Notes: generated by a model not told the origin, from the letters alone. A DNA stretch of 64,000 bases from an uncultured Planctomycetota bacterium (GCA_963849325.1 CAWKHF010000012.1:448001-512000); one strand, 5' to 3'; numbered from the stretch's first letter, positions 1 through 11,173 are shown. Numbers and translations: made by a program.

Positions 1-2
1 TC

Positions 3-452
3 GGCTTCACGGCTCTAGGCGGGGCAGGCATCAGCGGTTTCAACGGTTTCGGTCTGGGTGGCGGCTTGAGCGGTCTGGGTGGCGGTTTTAGCGGGTTCGG
101 TAGCATTGCCGGCCTGGGCGGCTTCCCCGGAAGCATCGCGGGTCTGGGCGGCTTCGGCACCTTTGCCGGGAACATTGGCGGACTCGGAGGCTTGGCTGGC
201 ATCGCCGGCTTCAACGGACTGGGCCTGAATGGTCTCGGTGCTGGTTTCAATGGTCTCGGCCTGCGCGGCATAAACGGGGGCTTGGTCGGCATCAATGGCC
301 TGGGAGGTTTCGCCGGCCTGGCCGGCAATTTCGCCGGCATCGCCGGGAACATCGGGGGCTTGGGAGCGGGCGGTATTGTCCCCGGAGGCTTCGGAGGTTT
401 CGCCGGCAAAGGCTTCGGTATTGGCGGCTTTGGCGGTCGCAAAGGTCTCTAA
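3..452 (+). CDS. 3' end of a protein with a Gly/Phe-rich low-complexity tail (5' truncated by window edge)
   Basis: Frame open from position 3 to TAA at 450-452; GGFGGLAG-type repeats ending GKGFGIGGFGGRKGL. Confidence 0.75.
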   Translation, partial: GFTALGGAGISGFNGFGLGGGLSGLGGGFSGFGSIAGLGGFPGSIAGLGGFGTFAGNIGGLGGLAGIAGFNGLGLNGLGAGFNGLGLRGINGGLVGINGLGGFAGLAGNFAGIAGNIGGLGAGGIVPGGFGGFAGKGFGIGGFGGRKGL

Positions 453-466
453 AAGGGAGCAGAGCA

Positions 467-528
467 GTCCGAACCGCGACCGTCTGGGAGCGGAAGCAAA
501 ACCGCTCGCTGACGCTCGCGGCTCGGAC
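467..528. repeat. REP-like palindrome (CCGAGCCGCGAGCGTCAGCGAGCGG family)
   Basis: Imperfect inverted repeat; the same family recurs at 5946 and 14793. Confidence 0.85.
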
Positions 529-550
529 AGCGACCGCCAGGAGGAGATGA

Positions 551-579
551 TTGATCGGCGACACGACCGGGGGTAAAAT
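551..579 (+). promoter_or_regulatory. Putative sigma70 promoter
   Basis: TTGATC-N17-TAAAAT upstream of the GTG start at 654. Confidence 0.4.
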
Positions 580-653
580 GCTCCGCACCTGCAATGATCT
601 CTTTTCTCGGGGTCGGCATCCGCGGATTGACCCCGAGCTTGCGGAGTGCAACC

Positions 654-3316
654 GTGACCCGGACCTGCAAGCAGTGCCGCCGCGTCAACCCGGATGAGGC
701 GGCTTATTGTTACCATGACGGCGTCGCGTTGGAGCCGCGGGGAGGCGGGGCCATCGACGTCGGTTCCCACCCTTTCGGCGTCCCTTTCGTTTTCCCCTCG
801 GGCCGAACCTGTGTGAACTTCAAGCAGCTGGCCCTGGCCTGCCATGAGGACCGGAAAGCGGCCCACAGTCTGCTGCGACTGGGGCACTCTGGAATCCTTC
901 CTGGCCGGACAGGGAAGGTCCGACCTCGCCCGCGCCGCCCGCGCCGCCGCTCGCGCCGCCGACCGCGATCGTGGCCTGGACGACTTTCTCGGCCGACTGC
1001 CCGGCGGGGCTTTGACGCCGGCCCGACTCCGTGCCGAGCCGTCCCTTCTCGACCTGGGCGATCTGCGCCCCGGCGAGGATCGCCGCTGTGAGCTGGTGCT
1101 GCGCAACGAAGGCATGAGGCTGCTGTATGGCTCGGCCAGCTGCGAGGACGTTCCCTGGCTGGCCCTGGGCGACGGGGCCGTACTGCGGCGGAAGATCTTT
1201 CAGGTCCACGACCGTGCCGTTCTGCCGATCCGCGTCCTGGGCAAGAGCCTGCACGCCTACGGCAAGCCGCAGGAAGCCGAGATTCGGCTGGAGTCCAGCG
1301 GCGGAGCGCTGACGGTGCTGCTGCGCGTGCGCGTGCTCGCCCAGCCGTTCCCCGAGGGCGTGTTGGCGGGGGCGCGGAGTCCGCGTCAGCTGGCGGAGAA
1401 GGCCCGCGACGCCCCAAAAGAGGCGGCGCCATTGATCGAGAGTGGGGCCGTGGCCCGCTGGTACAAGGCCAACGGCTGGGACTATCCGGTAGTTGGGCCG
1501 ACCGCCTCCGCCCTGGCCGCCGTGCAGCAACTGTTCGAGGCGCTGGGACTGGTCAAGCCGCCGCGCGTGGAACTAGGCGAGGACGCGGTCGTCATGGACG
1601 GCCGGCCCGGCCAGGCCGTCGATTATGTCATCGCCGTGGTCTCGCAGGAGAACCGCGCGGCGGTGGCGTTCGGCAGCAGCGACCAGCCGTGGTTGCACGT
1701 CGGCCCGACCGTGTTCCGCGGCCGCAGCGCCTTCGTGCCCCTCCACGTCCCGAAGGTATCCGGGCAGCCCGGCGAAACGCGAACCGCCAACGTGTCGATC
1801 GCGGCCAACGGGGGCCAACGCTTCGTGGTGCCGGTCACGCTGGTGGTCGGCAGCCGGCCTCCCGTGGCGGAGCTGGTGACGGCCCCCAAACCCGCTCCGG
1901 TCCCGGCCCGAGCCGGCCCCCGCCGTCGTGCCTGCCTCGCCCGTGCCACGGGCGGCGCCGGCGCCGCTGCCCTCTCCACCGAACCGCGCCGGCGGATTGG
2001 GCTGGGTCACGATTTTGGCCGGTTGCCTGCTGATCGTGGTCCTCCTGGGCGCGGCGCTGCGCGATTACCTCGCCCCGGCGGCGGCCGACGGCGGGCCGCC
2101 CGCCGAGCAACTCGATCCGGTGCCGCGCATCGCCATCCGCCTTCACGACGCCAAGAAAGACGACGAACTAGAGAGGCTCTGGTTGACCGATCCCCAGCCC
2201 ACCCGGCGCTTCGGCGTGGTGACGCTGCACAACGGCAAGGAGGTCGGCCAGGGCGTCGCCCTCCAACGCCTCACCTTCGACCCCTGGGGCCGTACCAATA
2301 ACGCCTGCCTCCGCTTCGACCACACCGACGAGCGTCTCTTCGGCGGCGCTCGCGGCCGCTGGCAGCAGAGCGCGGTACCGAACTGGACCGACGAGCGGGG
2401 GACGCACGACGGCGTCAAGTCCGTCTGGGTCTGCGAGGACAAGAAGGTTGAGGTCACTCAGTTCGTCGAGATGGTTCGCGGCGAGCAGAGCCGGCTGTTG
2501 GACACCTGCCGCGTGCGCTACCAGATCGAAAACCGCGATAGCAAGGAGTACACGGTCGGCATCCGTTTCCTGCTGGACACCTATATCGGCGGCAACGACG
2601 GCGTGCCCTTCACCATCCCCGGCGAGAACGAGCTGTGCGATACCTTGAAGGACCTGCCGGCGCAGGCCAAGGACAAGAAAGTCCCCGATTTCCTGCAGGC
2701 GCTGGAGAAGCCGGACCTCGCCCACCCCGGGACCGTGGCCCATCTGCGGCTGAAGCTGGAGGAGGCGGAGCCGCCGGTGCGCGTCACGCTCGGCGCCTGG
2801 CCGAATGAGAAGCTGCGCGTCCTGGTCCGCAAGAACGCGGACGGGCCTTCGACGCTCTGGGACGTGCCGTTGCTGTCGATGAAGTCGCTCGACCTCAACG
2901 ACTCGGCCATCGTCCTTTACTGGCCGGAGCAACCGCTGAAGCCGGGCCAGAAACGCGACGTCGGATTCGAGTACGGTCTGTGGGACCTGGCCAGCGAAGG
3001 CAGCCGGCTGGCGGTCACGGTCGATGGCGTCTTTCGCCCCGAGGGCGAGCTGACCGTGGTGGCCTACGTCAACACGGGCGGTTCGGACCACGAGGACGAG
3101 ACCGTGACCCTGACGTTGCCGGACGGCTTCCGTCTCCTGCAGGGGACCGATACGCAACTGGTCCCACAGCAGCGCCGCGACGCGAAGACCGGCAATCGCC
3201 CGATCACCTGGAAGGTCCGAGCAGGGTCCGTGGGCAAATACCAGCTGACGGTGAAAACCGGCTCCGGTTCCTCCAAGAGCATCCCGGTGGAGATCAAGAG
3301 TCCGTCGATCTTTTAA
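654..3316 (+). CDS. Membrane-anchored hypothetical protein: N-terminal Zn-ribbon, Ig/BACON-like repeats, Pro-rich linker, TM helix, beta-rich C-terminal domain (frameshifts near 870 and 1920)
   Basis: GTG 654 after GGAG; CKQC..CYHDG; stitched from ORFs 594-1091, 844-2301 and 1928-3316. Confidence 0.65.
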
Positions 3317-3346
3317 GGTTTCATTGATAGCCGTGGATGACCTGCC

Positions 3347-4259
3347 ATGTCGTTTCGCTTGTTCGTCGTCTGGTGTGCGCTCTGTGGCGGTTGGTCCGCC
3401 GTGGCGGGCTGGGCCTTGGGCCGGCAACTCGGCGGCGATCATCCTCTGGGCGGCACGGGCCTCAAGGGCATGTTCCTAGGAATGTCCATCGCCTTGGCCC
3501 TGGGCACCGTGGACGCCCTGTGGGTCTACTCGCTTCGCCAGATCGGCCGCATCGTCCCGCGCGTCCTGATCGGCGTGGCTGTCGGCGGCATCGGCGGTCT
3601 GGTCGGCGGCGTCGCCGGACAACTTCTGTTCGACTGGAAGGACCTGGACAGCCTGCGCGTCTTCGGCTGGGTGCTCACCGGCTTCCTCGTTGGGGCTTCC
3701 ATCGGCGCCTATGACTTTTTGCGGAGCTGGGTGCGCGAGGAGGAACTGGGCTGGGTGACGGGACGCCTGGTCCGCGGCGTCGTGGGTGGGGCGATCGGCG
3801 GACTGCTGGGAGGGGTCTTGGCCTGGAAGCTGGACGAAGTGGGGGTCCACGTCTTTCCGGGCAAGAGCGGGCTGTGGAGTCCCAGTCTGACCGGGTTCGT
3901 GGTGCTGGGGCTGTGCATCGGTCTGTTGATCGGCGTGGCCAAGGTCGCCCTCAAGGAAGCGTGGTTGACGGTCGAGGCCGGCTTCCGCAAGGGCCGCGAA
4001 GTGTTGCTGGACAAGCCGATGTTGACGGTCGGCCGGGCCGAATCGTGCGACCTCGGACTGTTCCGCGACCCCGCCATCGAAAAGCTGCACGCCCGCATCT
4101 ATCAACAGGACGGCCGCCACCTCATCGCCGACGCCGGCACCGGACCCGGAACCTACGTCAACGGCGTGCGGATCGCGGGGCCGACGCCGCTGCGCCGGCG
4201 ACCTGATTCGGGTCGGGAATGCCCTGCTCCGCTTCAGCGAACGGGCGAAACGGACCTAG
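3347..4259 (+). CDS. Multi-pass membrane protein with C-terminal FHA domain (frameshift near 4195)
   Basis: Gly-rich TM helices, then VGRAESCDLGL..HARI..GTYVNG; shifted frame ends GDLIRVGNALLRFSERAKRT*. Confidence 0.85.
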
Positions 4260-4272
4260 AAACGAATTCCCA

Positions 4273-4337
4273 CCAACTAGCCCGGAGCGTCCGCGACGGG
4301 TTGACACAACCCGTCGCGGACGCTCCGGGCTGGTAGG
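4273..4337. repeat. REP-like palindrome (CTAGCCCGGAGCG family) between convergent genes
   Basis: Inverted repeat; sibling at 35919. Confidence 0.8.
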
Positions 4338-4345
4338 GAGGACGA

Positions 4346-5827
4346 TTATTTCGTCTGGAGAAGTTGCAGTTTGGAACTGAGATCCTTGGCGAGGTTGGCC
4401 TGCTTGAGAAATAGCAGGGCGAAGCAGGTATCGAGGACAGGAGTGCTGCCGTAGTAGGAGCCGTTCATCCAACTGCCATCGGTCCACTGGCGGGGCAGCA
4501 GTACCTTGCTGCCCCAGGCGTACCAGTCCTTATCGCCGATCTTCCGTAAGTTGTAGAGCACTCCCACGCGCTCCAGCGACCACAGGAAGTACAGGTCCGG
4601 CGGCCGCTTCTCGCCGGGCCGATCGATCTCGCGCTCCAGCATACCCAAGGCCCTCTTGATGGCCGGATCGTCGAGGGGTTTCTGCTTTTTTTCCCGGACG
4701 TCCGTGGTCACGGCATGGGCCACGGCCAAGCCAAGCAGGCCGGCGCAGGTCATGCTCGGCCAGCGACCGGAATTGATGGTCGCATTGTAGTACCAGCTGC
4801 CGTCCAGGTTCAGGTTATCTCCGGTGGGGTCCGGCGCCGAGGACAGCTGCGTGGCCCGAAAATGCTTCTCAACCAGCGCCATGCTCCGCTCGATGGCGAC
4901 CCCATGTCGCTGGGCCGTCCACAGACCGAGGATGGCGAACTGCGTGTTGGAGTTGTCCCACCCGCCCGGATCGAAGGTGCCTCCGTTGAGCGCCTGTTTC
5001 CGCCATTCGCCGAGCGATTGCTTCTCGTACTTGAGCGCGCGGAGGAATTCGGGGATCTTCGTCCGGTCCAGCATGGGACCGTTGTAACTCCAGCCGCCCT
5101 CGTCCGGGTGCTGGGCGGTCATGAGACACAGGGCTAGGTGCTGAATGAGTCCCTCGTCCTTGGGATCGCCGAGGCGGTCCAGGAACAAAATCGCCAGCGA
5201 ACGCTGGTAGTTCTGGTGGACGTTCCCCAGTTTCTCGACCTGCGCGCGCACGTAAACCGCGGCTTTGCGGACGACGGGATCGGTGGCGGGAACGCCGCAC
5301 TCCAGCAGCGTGAGGGCTGGCAGCGACGCGAAGCCGACCGCGACAGGCGAGGAGCCGTCGGGAAGGGTATCGCCCCAGGTGCCGGCCGGGAGCGTATGGT
5401 CCTTCAAATACCAGACACCCTTGGCGATGGCGTCATCGATCTTGCGTTGTTCCTCGACGTTCACCGCCGCCGGCGCCGGCGGAACTGCGGTGGGTTCGTC
5501 GCCGTCCTCTTCGTAGTGGGCCTGTTCGACGGGGCGGGATTCCTCGGGCTTATGGACGTTGAGGGTGAAGCAGTAGAGGGCCAGGGCTGCGCCGCCGAGC
5601 AGGTACAGCAGTGCTCCCACCATCACGACGGCCAACCGGCCCGAGTTCACCTTCCCGACCGGATTGCCCACCGGACCCGGGGATGGGCTGGCACCGGACT
5701 CCTCGCCGCGGATCGTGAAGAGGGTGGCGCAATGAGGGCATGGGATCGTCTGGCCCGCGCCCACGCCGTTAGTGGACTTCAAACCCTTGCCGCAGTTCGG
5801 ACAGACGACTCGGTTCGTTCGCGCCAT
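4346..5827 (-). CDS. Prenyltransferase/squalene oxidase repeat-containing membrane protein with N-terminal Zn-ribbon
   Basis: CPNC..CPHC, TM helix, GGWSY, DNSNTQFAILGLW, SMTCAGL, YFLWSLERVG, DTCFALLFL. Confidence 0.8.
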   Translation of the reverse strand: MARTNRVVCPNCGKGLKSTNGVGAGQTIPCPHCATLFTIRGEESGASPSPGPVGNPVGKVNSGRLAVVMVGALLYLLGGAALALYCFTLNVHKPEESRPVEQAHYEEDGDEPTAVPPAPAAVNVEEQRKIDDAIAKGVWYLKDHTLPAGTWGDTLPDGSSPVAVGFASLPALTLLECGVPATDPVVRKAAVYVRAQVEKLGNVHQNYQRSLAILFLDRLGDPKDEGLIQHLALCLMTAQHPDEGGWSYNGPMLDRTKIPEFLRALKYEKQSLGEWRKQALNGGTFDPGGWDNSNTQFAILGLWTAQRHGVAIERSMALVEKHFRATQLSSAPDPTGDNLNLDGSWYYNATINSGRWPSMTCAGLLGLAVAHAVTTDVREKKQKPLDDPAIKRALGMLEREIDRPGEKRPPDLYFLWSLERVGVLYNLRKIGDKDWYAWGSKVLLPRQWTDGSWMNGSYYGSTPVLDTCFALLFLKQANLAKDLSSKLQLLQTK

Positions 5828-5945
5828 GGGCGCATCGCTCCGGACTTGAGGAGGGAGACGCGGACGGAGACTTTCGGCATCATAATCGTCTGCCGAGTTC
5901 CTCTCAAGGAAAAAGGAGGGTCCACCGATCGACGGCGACATGGGA

Positions 5946-6005
5946 TCCGAGCCGCGAGCGTCAGCGAGCGGTGCTTTCTCCGCTCGCTGACGCTCGCGGC
6001 TCGGA
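5946..6005. repeat. REP-like palindrome
   Basis: TCCGAGCCGCGAGCGTCAGCGAGCGG, loop, then reverse complement. Confidence 0.85.
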
Positions 6006-6182
6006 CACCGATTCTTCACCTTGTCTTCCGGGTCCGTCCCGCGAATTGCGAATCTTTCCCCGGTAGGCCGGCATCTAAGGCACGTCCCGAGGAGGCTCCT
6101 GCCGAAAGGTCCGCGGCCAGGAGGCTCGCTTGGGTTGACCCTCGTGTCGCCTGGCGCCTCGTTCCGGGAGGAGATTTTCCGC

Positions 6183-7187
6183 ATGTCGTTCACGGAGGCG
6201 TATCGTCATCAGCGGATCCTGGTTACGGGGGCCGGCGGATTCATCGGCTCGCATCTGGTAGGGGCCCTCGTGTCGGCAGGCGCCCGCGTCCGGGCCATGC
6301 TGCGCTACTCGTCGCGCGCCGACGCCGGCAGCCTGGAGTTCCTCTCGGGGGACGACCGCCGCCGCGTGGAAGTCCTTCGCGGAGACATCCGCGATCCCTA
6401 CTTCGTCATGCAGGCCGCCGAGGGAGTGGACGTGATCTTCCACCTGGCGGCCCTCATGGGCATCCCCTACTCCTACGAGGCCCCGGAAGCCTACGTGGCG
6501 ACGAACGTCTCCGGCACCCTCTGCGTCCTGGAGGCGGCCCGGCGCCAGGGCGTCCGCCGCGTCGTCCATACCAGCACCAGCGAGGTCTACGGGACCGCGC
6601 AATATCGGCCCATCGACGAGAAGCACCCCATCGTCGCGCAGTCTCCCTACGCCGCCACCAAGGTCGGCGCGGACAAACTCGCCGAGAGCTACCACTGTAC
6701 CTTCGGACTGCCGGTCGTGACGGTTCGGCCCTTCAACACCTTCGGGCCTCGCCAGTCCGGCCGCGCCATCGCCCCCACGATCCTGGCGCAGCTGCTGCTC
6801 GGCCGGCCGTGTCTGCACCTGGGCTCCCTGGAGCCGGAGCGCGACCTCACCTACGTCAGCGACACGGTGGCCGGAATGCTGGCCCTCGGCGCCTGTGACG
6901 CCGCCCTCGGCAAGGCGGTCAACCTCGGCACGGGTTCCTGCCTCTCGGTCGGCGAGTTGGCCCACAAGTGCATGACGATTGCCGGCCGGGAGGTGCCCAT
7001 CGTCGTCGATCCCAACCGAGTGCGGCCGCCCACCAGCGAGGTGCTGGCCCTGGTCAGCGACAATCGGCTGGCCCGCGACCTGTGCGGTTGGCGGCCGCGC
7101 GTTTGCGTGGAGGAGGGATTGCGGCAGTGCGCCGACTTCATCCGAGCCCATCCCGAGTTGTATCAACCCGAGGAGTATCAACGATGA
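6183..7187 (+). CDS. NAD-dependent NDP-sugar 4,6-dehydratase/epimerase (extended SDR, LegB-like)
   Basis: TGAGGFIG, TSTSEVYG, YAATK, RPFNTFGPRQS. Confidence 0.9.
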   Translation: MSFTEAYRHQRILVTGAGGFIGSHLVGALVSAGARVRAMLRYSSRADAGSLEFLSGDDRRRVEVLRGDIRDPYFVMQAAEGVDVIFHLAALMGIPYSYEAPEAYVATNVSGTLCVLEAARRQGVRRVVHTSTSEVYGTAQYRPIDEKHPIVAQSPYAATKVGADKLAESYHCTFGLPVVTVRPFNTFGPRQSGRAIAPTILAQLLLGRPCLHLGSLEPERDLTYVSDTVAGMLALGACDAALGKAVNLGTGSCLSVGELAHKCMTIAGREVPIVVDPNRVRPPTSEVLALVSDNRLARDLCGWRPRVCVEEGLRQCADFIRAHPELYQPEEYQR

Positions 7188-7976
7188 GCCGCGTCGTCAT
7201 CCAGGCCGGCGGCAAAGGCACTCGTCTTTATCCGTATACTCACGTGCTGCCCAAGCCCCTCATGCCCATCGAGGAGGCCCCCATCCTGGAGATCGTCGTC
7301 CGCCAGCTCGTTCACCACGGCTTCCGCGATCTGACCATCACGATCGGCCCCCTCGGCCATCTCATCATGGCCGTGCTGGGCGACGGGATGCGCTGGGGGG
7401 CGCGGATTCAGTACGCTGCGGGAACGCAAGCCACGCGGCACCATTGGCGCGCTGAGCGGCCTGCATGGCATCAACGAGCCGGTGCTGGTGATGAACGGCG
7501 ACCTGCTGACCGACTTCAACTTCCGCGACTTCATGGACGCCCACTTCGCCGGCGCGACCGACCTGTCGGTCGGCATTTACACCAAGGAAGTCCCGGTTTC
7601 CCTCGGCGTGTTCGACCTCGACGAGAACAACAAGGCGGTCGGCTTCCGCGAGAAGCCGATCCTGTCCTTCCGCTGCAGCATGGGCATCTACGCTCTCAAC
7701 CCGGCCCTCCTGTCGCTCATCCCGCGCACGGGAATGTTCGGCTTCGACGACCTGATGGAACTGTGCCTGTCGCAGCGCATCGCCGTCCGCGCCCATCCGT
7801 TCGACGGACTGTGGCTGGACATCGGCCGGCCAGAGGATTACGCCTGCGCCGCCAAGCTGTTCCGCGAGCACCGCGCCCGTCTGCTGCCGCCGCGACCGCC
7901 GCACCTACCCGGCAACGGCGACGTGACGCGGGACGAACTCGACCGGCCGCCCCTTCCCGAGGCGCTGACGATCTGA
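7184..7976 (+). CDS. Sugar-phosphate nucleotidyltransferase (frameshift near 7420)
   Basis: QAGGKGTRLYPYT..PKPL, VMNGDLLTD, WLDIGRPEDY; ATGA overlap with upstream gene. Confidence 0.85.
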
Positions 7977-7978
7977 GC

Positions 7979-9121
7979 ATGAGCACCTGGCGAATCCCCC
8001 TGTTCGACGCACGCTTCGGTCCCGAGGAGGAGGAGGCGGTGCTGCGGCCGTTGCGGGCCGGCTGGCTCACCATGGGCGAGGAAGTCCTTCGCCTCGAAGA
8101 AGAGTTGGCCGCCCTCACGGGGGCCAAGTACGCCCTGGCCGTCTCCAGCTGCACGGCCGCCCTGCACCTGGCCTGTGCCGCCCTGGACGTCGGGCCGGGC
8201 GACGAGGTCCTGTGTCCGACCCTGACCTTCGTCGCCGGCGCCAACGCGCCGCGCGCCCTGGGCGCGCACGTTCGCCTGTGCGAATCCATCGGCACCGAAG
8301 ACCTGGGCGTCGATCCCGACTCGATCGCGGCCCTAATTAATCATCGGACGAAAGCGGTCGTCGTTGTCCACTATGCCGGCTTCGCCTGCCGCATGGAGGA
8401 CGTGCTGGCGTTGGCCGACGCCCGCGCGATTCCGGTGATCGAGGATTGCGCCCACGCCCTGTTCACGACCTACCGAGGCAAGGTGCTCGGCCTGCACGGG
8501 CGCGTCGGCTGCTTCAGCTTCTTCTCGAACAAGAACGCCACCTGCGGCGAGGGCGGCGCCCTCGTCACCGACGACGCGGCCCTCGCCGAACGACTGCGCC
8601 TGCTGCGCTCGCACGGCATGACGACGCCGACACTCGAACGTCATCGCGGCCGCGCCTACAGCTATGACGTTCTCGTTCCGGGTTTCAACTACCGCATGGA
8701 TGAGGTCCGAGCCGCCCTCCTCCGCGTCCAGCTCCGCCGATTGCCGGCCTTCCTGCGCCGCCGCCGCCACCTCTTCCGCCTCTACGCGGAACGCCTCCAG
8801 GACACGCCAGTCCAACTCCCCTTCACCGGCGCGCGACATCAGGCAGAATGGGAGAATACGGCGATCCACATTCTCCCCATCATTCTCCCGGCGGGCACGG
8901 ATCGCGCCGCGGTCATGGGCCGCCTCAAGGAAGCGGGGATTCAAACGAGCATCCATTACCCCCCGGTCCATTCCTTCACCGCCTACCGGGACGACGGACA
9001 GGAGCTGCCGCACACCGACGCTCTAGCGGCACGGGAGCTGACCTTGCCCCTCTATCCGGGGATGAGCGACGACAACGTGGACACCGTCGTCACGGCCCTA
9101 CTGCGGTCCCTGCGCGGATGA
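7979..9121 (+). CDS. DegT/DnrJ/EryC1/StrS family PLP-dependent sugar aminotransferase
   Basis: SSCTAALH, IEDCAHA, FSFFSNKNATCGEGG, GFNYRM. Confidence 0.9.
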   Translation: MSTWRIPLFDARFGPEEEEAVLRPLRAGWLTMGEEVLRLEEELAALTGAKYALAVSSCTAALHLACAALDVGPGDEVLCPTLTFVAGANAPRALGAHVRLCESIGTEDLGVDPDSIAALINHRTKAVVVVHYAGFACRMEDVLALADARAIPVIEDCAHALFTTYRGKVLGLHGRVGCFSFFSNKNATCGEGGALVTDDAALAERLRLLRSHGMTTPTLERHRGRAYSYDVLVPGFNYRMDEVRAALLRVQLRRLPAFLRRRRHLFRLYAERLQDTPVQLPFTGARHQAEWENTAIHILPIILPAGTDRAAVMGRLKEAGIQTSIHYPPVHSFTAYRDDGQELPHTDALAARELTLPLYPGMSDDNVDTVVTALLRSLRG

Positions 9122-9128
9122 GATTCTC

Positions 9129-9181
9129 TCGGAGCCGGAAGCGCGAGCGAGGGATACCTTCGCTTACGCTTCCGGTTCCGA
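9129..9181. repeat. REP-like palindrome
   Basis: TCGGAGCCGGAAGCG...CGCTTCCGGTTCCGA; related to 33632 and 52405. Confidence 0.75.
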
Positions 9182-9330
9182 TGGATGTTCTTCATGGAGA
9201 CGTTGGCATGGGAAAGCTTGAGGAAGACATTCTTGACGGACAGGCTGGCGAACCTTCGGGTGAAGTGTGGAGGGTGGAGAGTCGAGGGAACCATTCACCC
9301 TCCACCCGACGAGTTCGCCGTCTGCGGGAG

Positions 9331-11094
9331 ATGTCCGCACGCGCTTGCAAGCGGGCCTTCGACCTGACGGTGGCCGTCACGGCCTTGGTTGTGCTGGCCC
9401 CGCTGTTTTTGTTGCTCGCCTTACTCATCAAGCTCGACAGCCGCGGCCCCGTCTTCTTCCGCCAGGTCCGCGTCGGCCGTCATCGCCGCCACTTCCTCAT
9501 GTGGAAGTTTCGCAAGATGCACCACGACATGCCGTCGCAGGGACCGAACCTGACCCGGCGCTACGACACGCGCATGACCCGCATCGGCCGGATACTCGAG
9601 AGGACCAAGTTCGATGAGCTGCCGCAGTTCTTCAACGTCCTCAGCGGAGACATGAGCATCATCGGCCCGCGCCCCGAACTCGTGCCGTTCGTCGAGTATT
9701 ATTCCGAGCAATGGGACCGTGTGTTGGTGGTGAAGCCTGGCATTTTTGGTCCCTGTCAGGTCCGCTTTCGCAATGAGTCGGAGCTGTACCCGCCGGGTTG
9801 CCGGGACATCGAGAACTACTACGTCGAGCATATCCTGCCGGCGAAGTTGGTGATCGACGCGGAATACGCGGCCCGCTACAGCTTGCTCGGCGATGCGGTC
9901 CTGCTCGTCCGCACTGTCTGGGCCTGCCTCGGCGGCGTCGTCACGCGGCAGACGCTCCTCAACCGCCGCTGGCAGATCGTCAATACTGTCGTCCTGTCGC
10001 TGGCCGGCTTCGCCGGGACGATGGCGGTCACGCACCTGCTCGGCCACGGGATGTCGCCGCGCGTCGTCTGGTGGGTGCTGCTGTTTTCCGCCGTGCTCAA
10101 GCCGGTGTGCGTCGTCGCCTTCCGCATTCCCATGGCGCTGGCGACCTCGGTGACGGCCGACGACCTGCTGCGCTGCTGCTGGTGTGCGGCGGTCAGCGGC
10201 GCTTGCTCGGCTGCGCCGAAATCCTGGCCGGCTTCCGCGACCTGGGACGCTCCGTTCTCTTGGCCGATACGGTCCTGTTCCTGACCGCGCTCATTCTCTA
10301 CAAACTCACCTGCTACAACATCTATCGCTGTTTCTTCCGGCAGCAGGCCTGGGGCTTGTGGCAGCACCTCGTCCTGGTCTCTCTTCTGCTCGGGCCGATC
10401 AGCATGGCCGTGGTGCTCGTCGTTCGGCACGGGTCCGCCGTCTGGCACAGTCCGCACACCCTCGGATTGCCGAGCCTCCTTCTGATCGCGCTGGCGGTTC
10501 GCCCCGCCGTGCTGCTCTTCAAGCCCATCGCCGCGCCGGATGGCCGCGCCCCGCAGCCGCCGCTGCAGTGGTGGCAGATCGTGCTCGGCTCGCTGGTAGG
10601 GTCTTCCCTGATCGTCTCGGGAGCGCTGCTGCTCAACGAGCGGGGGATGGGCCGGCTCGACGTGGCCTGCGATGGCGTCCTTTATGTCAGCCTGTTGATG
10701 ACCGTCGCCTGGTGGAGTCGGCGGCGAAGCGGCCGGCTCGCCTCCGTCGCCGAGGAAGAGGCCGTCCCGAAGGAGCGGCTGCTTCTGGTCGGCGAAGGGT
10801 CCGAACTGGGCGGCTACGTCAGCGCCTTGTCGTCCTTGCCGGAGCATCGCTTCGAGGTCGTCGGCGCCCTCGAGCACGCGCATCGGCTACCGCACGAACA
10901 TGGCCGGGACGATTTCCGTCCTCGGCGAGATCACCGACGCCCCGGAGGTGGTTCGCGGCATGGACGTGACCCGATTGGTCGTGCTCGACACCAACATCAG
11001 CGACGCCGACTTGGACGAGCTGCGCTCCGCCTGTGCCTTGAAGGAGGAGCAGGTGTTACGGGTAGAAATCCTCACGCCTCTCATGCGCCTGTGA
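9331..11094 (+). CDS. Sugar transferase (monotopic phosphoglycosyl transferase) fused to a C-terminal multi-TM region and a Rossmann-like domain (frameshifts near 10200 and 10880; start may be 9208)
   Basis: KRAFDL, GPVFFRQVRVG, KFRKM, KFDELPQFFNVLSGDMSIIGPRPE; later hydrophobic helices and RLLLVGEG. Confidence 0.8.
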
Positions 11095-11104
11095 TGGGAA
11101 AAAA

Positions 11105-11173
11105 TCGTTTAGCCGCGACGCGCAGCGGAGCGCGGGACAATCCCGCGCTCCGCTGCGCGTCGCGGCTAAACGA
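11105..11173. repeat. REP-like palindrome (TTAGCCGCGACGCGCAGCGG family)
   Basis: Near-perfect hairpin; siblings at 47442 and 59520; contains the ferredoxin stop codon. Confidence 0.85.

Noticed and set aside
4346-5827. Squalene-hopene or oxidosqualene cyclase
   Set aside because: Too short, apparently a single barrel, and no DXDD/DCTAE motif; it fits the generic planctomycete prenyltransferase-repeat family.
6968-9121. Nucleotidyltransferase-aminotransferase fusion (717-aa ORF)
   Set aside because: Produced by the frameshift near 7420; the transferase ends at TGA 7976 and the aminotransferase starts at 7979.
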